Source: Bacteroidota bacterium | GTDB taxonomy: Bacteria > Bacteroidota > Bacteroidia > Chitinophagales > JADIYW01 | Length of the DNA stretch: 64,000 nucleotides | Direction: 5' to 3' | NCBI GenBank assembly: GCA_028288625.1 | Contig: JAQBNI010000150.1 | Location: 1,584-65,583, forward strand | In this document: one piece after another, positions 21,036-28,409 of the stretch | Layout of the letters: each line of letters begins with the position of its first letter | Numbering within the stretch: the first letter of the stretch is position 1 | The notes under the pieces: model-generated | The model's input: the letters and a program-made list of their open reading frames with translations, nothing else | The model's database searches: none | Told to the model about the DNA's origin: nothing | Program-made: the position numbers and the translations under genes

Positions 21036-21181
21036 ATAATTTCCAGGAGTATCAAATTTATTAAATTGTATCGGTAATAAAGAATTTTTACTAAATTGAT
21101 TAAGGTAAAAGTAATTTTGATTTAATACATATTGCTTTGTGGAAAAGCGCAACTTCCTAATTTTGCAAAACAACTATCGAC

Positions 21182-21505
21182 ATGACAGAACTAATCAAAA
21201 AATTTATTTATACTTCCATTGGGGTCGCAACCATCACCAATGAAAAATTTAAAGAACTGGTTGAAGACCTTATCCAGAATAGCCAGTTTACTGAAGAGGA
21301 AGGCAAGCGTATTGTAGATAGTTTCTTATTCGATGTCAGGCAGCAGGTTGATTCTATCAATGCGAATATCCAAGTAAAAGCAGACGACCTTTTTCAACGA
21401 TCAGGAATTCCTGCCATCCAGGATTTAAAAAATAATATAGAAAATTATATAAGGGATATTAAAGAAAATCCTTCGTTACTTTTGAAACATTCGAGACATA
21501 AATGA
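21182..21505 (+). CDS. phasin-like protein (polyhydroxyalkanoate synthesis regulator family)
   Basis: KKFIYTSIG.A..T.EK..ELV..L.......EEGK..VD pattern; TAATTTTG promoter element upstream. Confidence 0.6.
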   Translation: MTELIKKFIYTSIGVATITNEKFKELVEDLIQNSQFTEEEGKRIVDSFLFDVRQQVDSINANIQVKADDLFQRSGIPAIQDLKNNIENYIRDIKENPSLLLKHSRHK

Positions 21506-21513
21506 ATCAACAA

Positions 21514-21545
21514 AAACCTATAAGGTTTTGAAAACTTATAGGTTT
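21514..21545. repeat. AAACCT...AGGTTT palindrome between convergent genes (REP-like / bidirectional terminator)
   Basis: AAACCTATAAG-gttttgaaaa-CTTATAGGTTT, perfect 11-bp arms. Confidence 0.65.
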
Positions 21546-21560
21546 CTATGTTGAAGATTT

Positions 21561-23081
21561 TTAGAAGATATCAAAGCTTTCATTTCCTTTTCCTTCTTCA
21601 TCTTTCATGAAATTACCTTTAGACGGCAACGTTTTATAATTTGAAAATTCCTGCATCTCTTCATACAATCCGCCGGCATCATAAAACCGTCCGAAGTTTT
21701 TATTAAACCGCAGGTTAACATTTCCTGTAGGTCCGTTTCTATGTTTTGCAATGATGAGTTCTGCTACACCTTTTAGTGAAGCGCCGTCAGCGCCTTCATT
21801 CAGATTATAGTATTCAGGGCGATATAAGAACATCACCATATCTGCATCCTGTTCTATCGATCCTGATTCACGCAAATCCGAAAGCTGCGGTTTTTTTTCT
21901 CCGCCGCGTGTTTCAACACTCCGGTTTAATTGCGATAAAGCGATCACCGGAATATTTAATTCTTTTGCCAAACCTTTTAATGATCTTGAAATAGATGAAA
22001 TTTCCTGTTCGCGGTTCATGCCTTTATCTCCTGCTCCGCTCATCAATTGCAAATAATCGATGATCACCATTTTTATTCCATGCGCATTCTGCAAGCGCCG
22101 GCATTGTGCGCGCAACTCATAAATATTTATGGCAGGCTGATCATTGATATATATAGGCGCCTGTGATAATTTTTCCACTTTGTCTCTCAATATCGCATAT
22201 TCATTATCGCTCATTTTTCCGTTCGCTACTTTTTGCGCATCGATCTCGCATTCCAATGAGATCAAGCGTTTTGCTAGTTGCACGGCACCCATTTCCAAAG
22301 AAAAAATTGCAACCGGCATATTAAAATCCACTGCTGCATTGCGCGCTAAATTTAAAACGAATGCGGTCTTTCCCATGGACGGTCGCGCTGCAACGATAAT
22401 AAGATCTGTAGCCTTCCAGCCTGCTGTGAGTTTATCCAATTCAAGATAACCGGATGGAACAGAATCTTCGAGTAAGCCATCTTCGCGGTTGATCAATCCA
22501 TCTATTTGCATAATGGATTTCGAGACAAGCTGACCGATACCCTGCGTAGAGTTGCGTAAGTTTTTATCGGTGATCTCATAAATGCGTTTTTCTGCAGTAT
22601 CTAAAAGATCGAAAACATCTGTTGTGTCTTCGTAAGAATCGCGGATAATATCATTTGAAATACGGATCAGTTCGCGCTGAATAAATTTTTGGATGATGAT
22701 ACGCGCGTGAAATTCAACGTTTGCAGAAGATGCAATTTTATTGGTTAATTCGCTTAAGTAATATGCGCCGCCAATCTCTTCGAGTTTTGCCTGTTTACGT
22801 AATTCTTCAGTTACTGTTAACAGGTCTATCGGCTGTGATTTTCCGAACAATTCCTGGATGGCGCGAAAGATTGTAGAATGCGCATCAACATAAAAACTTT
22901 CAGGTTTTAAAATATCAGAAACATAGCTGATAGCATCTTTTTCTATTAAAATTGCACCTAAAACCGCTTCCTCTAATTCACGTGCCTGCGGGGGTATTTT
23001 TCCGTATAATAAATTAGAAATATCTTCAGTCTTATTACGTGTAAACCGCGTAGTACGTTTGTTCGTCGTATTATCTTCCAT
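21561..23081 (-). CDS. dnaB: replicative DNA helicase
   Basis: PPQARELEEAVLG, AARPSMGKT, FSLEM, IIDYLQL, LSQLNR, DLRESGSIEQDAD, KHRNG; start 23081 or 23099; no intein. Confidence 0.97.
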   Translation of the reverse strand: MEDNTTNKRTTRFTRNKTEDISNLLYGKIPPQARELEEAVLGAILIEKDAISYVSDILKPESFYVDAHSTIFRAIQELFGKSQPIDLLTVTEELRKQAKLEEIGGAYYLSELTNKIASSANVEFHARIIIQKFIQRELIRISNDIIRDSYEDTTDVFDLLDTAEKRIYEITDKNLRNSTQGIGQLVSKSIMQIDGLINREDGLLEDSVPSGYLELDKLTAGWKATDLIIVAARPSMGKTAFVLNLARNAAVDFNMPVAIFSLEMGAVQLAKRLISLECEIDAQKVANGKMSDNEYAILRDKVEKLSQAPIYINDQPAINIYELRAQCRRLQNAHGIKMVIIDYLQLMSGAGDKGMNREQEISSISRSLKGLAKELNIPVIALSQLNRSVETRGGEKKPQLSDLRESGSIEQDADMVMFLYRPEYYNLNEGADGASLKGVAELIIAKHRNGPTGNVNLRFNKNFGRFYDAGGLYEEMQEFSNYKTLPSKGNFMKDEEGKGNESFDIF

Positions 23082-23261
23082 AGCTCTACGAAAATACAAT
23101 TATAACTTTGTTCCGAAATTGCTATTAGTCAACTTTAATCTGTTAATAAACTCAAAGCCGTGGAACGTATGGTTTAGTATTTGAGATAGAATTCTTTACT
23201 TAATCACCAAATACGAGTATGTTGAATAATGACTTTTTTGAGTGTACAACTCGATTTTTTT

Positions 23262-23293
23262 TGTTGAAAAGACTGTGGATGAAGTGTGTATAA
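23262..23293. promoter_or_regulatory. three tandem DnaA-box-like 9-mers upstream of dnaB
   Basis: TGTTGAAAA (23262), TGTGGATGA (23274), TGTGTATAA (23285; reverse complement TTATACACA, perfect TTATNCACA); further TGTTAATAA at 23141. Confidence 0.55.
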
Positions 23294-23341
23294 AAGGGGG
23301 AAATAAATTATAAAAATTTACATGCTTAGCAAAGATCAAGA

Positions 23342-24529
23342 TTATCCGAAAGCATTTTCCCCGGTAAGATCCATTCCCGTGATCAGTAAATGGACTTCAT
23401 GCGTTCCTTCATAAGTAATCACGCTTTCCAGGTTCATGGCATGGCGCATAAACGGAAAATCTCCCGTGATTCCCATAGCGCCGCAGATCTGCCTGCAATC
23501 GCGCGCAATGCGTAAAGCAGTTTCTACATTATTGCGTTTCCCCATGGATATTTGTGCCGGCGTTATTTTTCCTTCGTTATTTAATTTTCCTAATTGCATT
23601 GCCAGTAATTGGGCTTTCGTCAATTCCGTAAGCATCTCCGCTAACTTTTTTTGTGTCAACTGGAAACCGGCTAACGGCTTTCCGAATTGTTTACGTTCCT
23701 TGCTGTATTCAACGGCATGATGAAGACAATCCATCGCTGCGCCCATGCTGCCCCAGGCAATGCCGTATCGCGCAGATGATAAGCAGGAAAGCGGCGCTTT
23801 CAAGCCTTTTGCGAGCGGTAGAATGTTTTCTGCAGGAATTTCAACGTCTTCAAAAATAAGCTCGCCGGTAATGGATGCGCGTAAGCTCCATTTGCCTTTT
23901 ATTTCAGGGGCTGAGAAGCCTTTCATGCCACGCTCTACAATACACCCGATAATATGTCCGTCTTCATTTTTTGCCCAAACAACGGCAATATCCGACAACG
24001 GAGAATTAGTGATCCACATTTTTGCTCCGTTGAGTATATATTTATCTCCGGATTTTTTGATGCGCGTTTCCATTCCCGACGGATCGCTGCCGTGATTCGG
24101 TTCCGTTAATCCGAAACATCCGATAAATTCACCCTTTGCTAATTTCGGTAAGAATTTATTTTTTTGTTCTTCACTTCCGAACTTCCAGATCGGGTACATC
24201 ACCAATGAGCTTTGCACGCTTGCGCAGCTTCTTACACCGGAATCTCCGCGTTCGAGTTCCTGCATGATCAAGCCATAAGAAATCAGATCAAGTCCACCGC
24301 CGCCATATTTTGTTGGTATATACGGACCTAAAGCACCGATCTCTCCCAATTCTTTTACAAGATGTTTTGGAAATTTATTATGCTCTGCACAATCTTCTAT
24401 AATTGGAATCACCGCAGTGTTTACCCAGCTTCTTATACTTTCCCGGATCAGCTTTTGCTCTTCAGTCAATTGTTCATCCAAATTCAAATAATCAAATCCA
24501 CGGTATGATGCAGCATATCTGTTTTGCAT
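23342..24529 (-). CDS. acyl-CoA dehydrogenase (glutaryl-CoA dehydrogenase-like)
   Basis: FGLTEPNHGSDP, GAKMWITN, RKQFGKPL, TYEGTHEVH motifs typical of the GCDH subfamily. Confidence 0.88.
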   Translation of the reverse strand: MQNRYAASYRGFDYLNLDEQLTEEQKLIRESIRSWVNTAVIPIIEDCAEHNKFPKHLVKELGEIGALGPYIPTKYGGGGLDLISYGLIMQELERGDSGVRSCASVQSSLVMYPIWKFGSEEQKNKFLPKLAKGEFIGCFGLTEPNHGSDPSGMETRIKKSGDKYILNGAKMWITNSPLSDIAVVWAKNEDGHIIGCIVERGMKGFSAPEIKGKWSLRASITGELIFEDVEIPAENILPLAKGLKAPLSCLSSARYGIAWGSMGAAMDCLHHAVEYSKERKQFGKPLAGFQLTQKKLAEMLTELTKAQLLAMQLGKLNNEGKITPAQISMGKRNNVETALRIARDCRQICGAMGITGDFPFMRHAMNLESVITYEGTHEVHLLITGMDLTGENAFG

Positions 24530-24630
24530 AATTCTTTTACTTTACGACATAAATCTATTTAATTTTTATGAGACTATGGCTTTGATAATTTTTAATTAGT
24601 TTCGCTACGGTTTTTATAGATAATAAAGTG

Positions 24631-24990
24631 ATGCAAAAAAAACTCCGGATAGGTTTGGAAGGTATGGAATTCCATGCGCATCACGGTGTGTATGAAGAAG
24701 AGCGTATAAAGGGCGGGAAATATATTGTAGATGTTTTTGTTTATACGGATGCAATGCAGGCAGAATTATATGATGATCTGAACGGTACAGTTAATTATGA
24801 AAAAATTTATAGCACAGTGGAACAAAGTATGCAGCAGCCTGTAAAACTGATCGAACATTTAGCAAGAAAGATCCTGGATGATTTACGCATTTTTATTTCA
24901 AAGGATGATCAAATTCGGATCAAAGTAAAAAAGCTGTTCCCTCCTCTAAGTGGCAAGGTAGCTGCAGGAGTAGTGGAAATTGAAGATTAA
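24631..24990 (+). CDS. folB: dihydroneopterin aldolase
   Basis: FHAHHGVYEEE, DDL..TVNYE, LIEHLA, K..PP motifs. Confidence 0.93.
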   Translation: MQKKLRIGLEGMEFHAHHGVYEEERIKGGKYIVDVFVYTDAMQAELYDDLNGTVNYEKIYSTVEQSMQQPVKLIEHLARKILDDLRIFISKDDQIRIKVKKLFPPLSGKVAAGVVEIED

Positions 24991-25038
24991 CTAAAAATAT
25001 ACTGCGAAACAGCACATAAACAAGCACTTAGTTTGCAT

Positions 25039-25068
25039 TTTGAAAAAAGGAAAATATAACTATATTTG
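25039..25068 (+). promoter_or_regulatory. Bacteroidota sigma70 promoter of tRNA-Cys
   Basis: TTTG at 25039-25042 (-33) and TATATTTG at 25061-25068 (TAnnTTTG), ending 13 nt before the tRNA. Confidence 0.7.
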
Positions 25069-25081
25069 CAGTTCACAAAAT

Positions 25082-25155
25082 GGTCGGTTGGCCGAGAGGC
25101 TAGGCAGAGCTCTGCAAAAGCTCGTACGGCGGTTCGAATCCGCCATCGACCTCCA
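25082..25155 (+). tRNA. tRNA-Cys (GCA)
   Basis: Acceptor GGTCGGT/ATCGACC, anticodon arm GAGCT-ctGCAaa-AGCTC, T arm GGCGG-TTCGAAT-CCGCC, U73 discriminator, encoded CCA. Confidence 0.97.
25139..25153 (+). repeat. att core (tRNA-proximal)
   Basis: TCCGCCATCGACCTC, the 3' end of tRNA-Cys. Confidence 0.92.
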
Positions 25156-25168
25156 CCTTTGGTGATAG

Positions 25169-25206
25169 CCCCTTGAATGTCAACATATTCAAGGGGTTTG
25201 TTTTTT
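25169..25206 (+). terminator. element-supplied terminator for tRNA-Cys
   Basis: CCCCTTGAAT-gtcaacat-ATTCAAGGGG followed by TTTGTTTTTT. Confidence 0.75.
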
Positions 25207-25250
25207 ACAGCGTATGAATTAGCGTAATAATCGGTATCGTATTAATAAAA

Positions 25251-25270
25251 AAGAGGCATTTCTGCCTCTT
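25251..25270 (-). terminator. terminator downstream of the excisionase-like gene
   Basis: AAGAGGCA-tttc-TGCCTCTT preceded by an A tract on the + strand. Confidence 0.6.
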
Positions 25271-25277
25271 ATTAGTT

Positions 25278-25469
25278 TCATTCCATTTTGAGTTGTTTCA
25301 TAATGTGTGAAACGAGATATCGCTTGCGATTGCTTAAGCGAAATGATGGCTTAATCGTACCGAAAGCTTCAAGACGTAAAAGTGTGTTTTCACTAATCTG
25401 AAGCATCTGCATGACTTGTTTAGCCGTGAGGATTTTATCCTCTTCCTTTTTCTGTTCCATGAATTCCAT
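25278..25469 (-). CDS. excisionase-like MerR/HTH_17 DNA-binding protein
   Basis: 63 aa, LTAKQVMQMLQISENTLLRLE..G.I.P......RY pattern of recombination directionality factors; at the element end. Confidence 0.75.
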   Translation of the reverse strand: MEFMEQKKEEDKILTAKQVMQMLQISENTLLRLEAFGTIKPSFRLSNRKRYLVSHIMKQLKME

Positions 25470-25725
25470 GTATTGTTATCTCACATTGACTGTGATTATA
25501 CCTAAACTACGATTTATTCCAATACAGTGCAACCTTAATTAAAGGTGCAATACATTTTTATTATTATTCCAACAGCATAGACTTTACTTGTTCCCGAAAA
25601 TTCATTTTATTAAGCCAATAGATAGACCCATTATGTCTTTTTCATTTTGGTGCAATATTTATAAAGTAAGAAACATAACACGGAACCGCCCCCACGTGGT
25701 TCTCCTATTTATAAACCAGAAGTAA

Positions 25726-26316
25726 ATGAGAAATGCTGAATTATTAGACAAATTAAATAGCGGAAAGATGAAGAAATTCTTTAAGCTAAATCAATTGAAA
25801 GAGATAACAGGTTTACAAGACAGAGCCTTAAAATACCGTATGCTGTATGTTAAGAATAAATATATTGACATACCCAGCAGATTGAAAAAATTGGGACGAA
25901 GTTGGCAAATACATTATTCAATAGTGTACGAGTTCTTTCCTAAGAGAAAAAGAATTGAAACAACCGTATATACATACCCGTGGGCGAACATTGTAAGTTG
26001 GAATCCAGAAAACAACTACGACGCTGCGTACCACGAAGAATTGATACAACAGATAAAGAAGCAACTGCCGAATAATAAAATCCTTTATGCAATTGAACTG
26101 GACAGCCGACAAGTTAAGCATGTACACTTTATAACGGATGCGCAGAAGGTTGACTTAGATAAAGCTGTGAATGATACGTTAGATTTATTCATGTCACATA
26201 AAATCGCAAATAAGGTGAGAAAAGAATACAAGCTCGAAATAAATAAGATTTACCACAAGTATAATGTGGTGGATTATCTCCGCAAAGCTCCAGTAGCAAG
26301 CGGAATCATAAATTAA
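25726..26316 (+). CDS. wHTH-HUH endonuclease fusion, putative rolling-circle replication initiator
   Basis: N-terminal HTH-like (KLNQLKEITGLQDRALKYRM...GRSWQI); C-terminal YAIE...KHVHFI (HUH motif II) and VDYLRK (YxxK motif III). Confidence 0.65.
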   Translation: MRNAELLDKLNSGKMKKFFKLNQLKEITGLQDRALKYRMLYVKNKYIDIPSRLKKLGRSWQIHYSIVYEFFPKRKRIETTVYTYPWANIVSWNPENNYDAAYHEELIQQIKKQLPNNKILYAIELDSRQVKHVHFITDAQKVDLDKAVNDTLDLFMSHKIANKVRKEYKLEINKIYHKYNVVDYLRKAPVASGIIN

Positions 26317-26323
26317 GACAGAT

Positions 26324-26542
26324 ATGAAAAAAGAAATTATTAACCTTGACAACATGCCAATGACGAAAGCGTTGCTGATTGATTACATCATGTTCATGTA
26401 CGGTGAAGCGTATGATATAAGCCATGAGTATTTGGTCATGGAATACCTAATGCTTAAGCGAGAAAATCGTTTGCATGAATTGTTCCAACAGGAATTACTT
26501 GACAACACAGGTGCCCTGGAAGAGGACTTTATTTGGCGGTAA
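26324..26542 (+). CDS. hypothetical protein of the element
   Basis: 72-aa ORF 7 nt after the Rep-like gene, same strand. Confidence 0.65.
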   Translation: MKKEIINLDNMPMTKALLIDYIMFMYGEAYDISHEYLVMEYLMLKRENRLHELFQQELLDNTGALEEDFIWR

Positions 26543-26744
26543 CATCGTTACGCAACATACATACGAAAACTTGCCTTAGTTTAATGAAACCTTCCATATG
26601 GCGTTTAAATTTTCTGGGAAAATTACAAGTACCGAAAAGGACGTTATAGCTTCCGTTAATGTTCACAAAAGGTTGGTTGGAATTGCCGAATTCATACAAG
26701 AATCATAAAATAATATCATATGCTGATTAAAAATTTCCCATAAA

Positions 26745-26906
26745 ATGACCATAGAAGAAATAGGTGCAAAGATACAATTGAAGCAAGCCCAAATACAGGC
26801 TGAGTCTGACCAACATAGAAAGCAAGTATTATCAAAAGAGTTACATGTATTACAACTGCGTAAGGAGATAGAAACTATAAAGCAGCAGATTAGTAGATTA
26901 CCATGA
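26745..26906 (+). CDS. small coiled-coil protein (53 aa, below the ORF-track cutoff)
   Basis: Translated by hand: MTIEEIGAKIQLKQAQIQAESDQHRKQVLSKELHVLQLRKEIETIKQQISRLP; A-rich context before the ATG; heptad pattern. Confidence 0.55.
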   Translation: MTIEEIGAKIQLKQAQIQAESDQHRKQVLSKELHVLQLRKEIETIKQQISRLP

Positions 26907-27356
26907 TGTTTTACCTACTCCTTTACACGTTGGACACCTTTCTACTTCATCCTTATTTTTTTCATTTTTGGATAGAAGTCGTCCTGTACCTTGGCATACT
27001 GTACAATCAAATCGTGAATCTACTGGTTGTGAGTCTTCTGGTTGTAAATCTAATGGTGAATCTACATTAATTAGATTGTTAGCAATATTTGACAAACTCT
27101 GAAATATTACTATAAAAAAAATTATTTCGGTAATCGCCATAACAATATTTATTACAGAATAATAATCTTTAAGCTTATCGGGTTTAATGTTTAAAATCTC
27201 ATCAACGGTCATCAGGGTGGGATAAGTATCGCTTAAAAACAACTGGGGATTTTCACGCAATAAAGCAAAGATTATGGCAAAGATAATTTGTATAATTAGG
27301 ACGTTACGAAGAGTCATAACTGAATTACCAGCTACTTTAATTCTATTACTATTCAT
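26898..27356 (-). CDS. membrane protein with C-terminal DnaJ-type CxxCxGxG zinc finger
   Basis: Two hydrophobic helices; CTVCQGTG and CPTCKGVG. Confidence 0.75.
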   Translation of the reverse strand: MNSNRIKVAGNSVMTLRNVLIIQIIFAIIFALLRENPQLFLSDTYPTLMTVDEILNIKPDKLKDYYSVINIVMAITEIIFFIVIFQSLSNIANNLINVDSPLDLQPEDSQPVDSRFDCTVCQGTGRLLSKNEKNKDEVERCPTCKGVGKTSW

Positions 27357-27359
27357 AAC

Positions 27360-28037
27360 TTAATAAGTTTGTTTTCCAGTACCCTTGCATGATGGACAAA
27401 CTTTATATCCATCATAACTGTTTACAAAACCTGTTCCATTACACATCTCACATTTCGGATAATTTGCTTGATGTCTTTCAACAGTAGTCGGTGATGCGAC
27501 ACCGCAATAATTACAGAATCCATTTACATAATGTCCAAAACCACACGAGACACATTTTTCTCCCGAATATTGGTCTACCTTATCAAGTAATTTATTCACT
27601 TCTGCCGTATGCTTCCTGCCACATTCTGGACTACAAACATAACATTGATAGGGATAGCTACAAGGTTTCCATATGCCTTCAGATGCTTCTTCATAACCAT
27701 TACCTTTAAATTTACGACCACAAATACTACATGTATTTTCTTTTACCTCTTCTGTAACAGTTTTGGAGCTTTCAGTTTGACTATTATTCATTTGGTTATA
27801 ATCAGAAGTCTTTTCGCTATTCGGTACAGCGACAGGGATTATAGCTATAATAATAAGTGAAATAAGAAATACAATTACGCTTCCTACTCCTATGCGCAGA
27901 TAAGACTTTTGGCTTATGGAGAGAACAGACGTGTGAACATTATTTCCTTTCTTAAAAGAGCTATGGGCGTTATAACCAGTCATTCCAAATAAGCTAAATG
28001 CCATGGATATAAAAACGATGCAAATGAAAATAACCAT
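27360..28037 (-). CDS. membrane-anchored multi-zinc-finger protein
   Basis: Two N-terminal hydrophobic helices, then CSIC...CSPEC, CVSC...CNYC, CEMCNGTG...CPSCKGTG. Confidence 0.75.
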   Translation of the reverse strand: MVIFICIVFISMAFSLFGMTGYNAHSSFKKGNNVHTSVLSISQKSYLRIGVGSVIVFLISLIIIAIIPVAVPNSEKTSDYNQMNNSQTESSKTVTEEVKENTCSICGRKFKGNGYEEASEGIWKPCSYPYQCYVCSPECGRKHTAEVNKLLDKVDQYSGEKCVSCGFGHYVNGFCNYCGVASPTTVERHQANYPKCEMCNGTGFVNSYDGYKVCPSCKGTGKQTY

Positions 28038-28153
28038 AATAATACATTACTGATAAGCTAATATAATAAATTTCTAAAGTGAAGATAATAAAATCGGAGA
28101 AAACTCCGCACGCTGAATAAAGATTTCAAGATTCCGATGTGGATTTTTGCTGA

Positions 28154-28405
28154 ATGCAAAGCCAGTTGGACAAGGTTAAGGATGAAGTCACAGAGCGAAT
28201 TCACAAACTCTTTATGACTAAGTTTGGCGGTAATAAATTACAATTTGCCAAAGCCTCTGGGTGCAATGAAAAAACAATCCGATTGTTATTTGATGAGGGG
28301 CAGGGTATGACGTTGAATTTGTTATTCAAGTTGGCTTTTGCGTTGGATGTAACACCGTCAGAATTATTGGACGGGTTATCACTTAAAACCTCTTCCAAAA
28401 AGTAG
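28154..28405 (+). CDS. XRE-family HTH regulator
   Basis: 83 aa, QFAKASGCNEKTIR...MTLNLLFKLAFALDVTPSELL, HTH_3 pattern. Confidence 0.85.
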   Translation: MQSQLDKVKDEVTERIHKLFMTKFGGNKLQFAKASGCNEKTIRLLFDEGQGMTLNLLFKLAFALDVTPSELLDGLSLKTSSKK

Positions 28406-28409
28406 TTTT

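Noticed and set aside
26598-26708. Short ORF MAFKFSGK...IQES inside the element
   Set aside because: Only 36 codons with an in-frame stop shortly upstream and no recognisable motif; may be a relic but cannot be supported
26898-28037. DnaJ chaperones
   Set aside because: Only the CxxCxGxG fingers are present; no J-domain HPD motif or C-terminal substrate-binding domain
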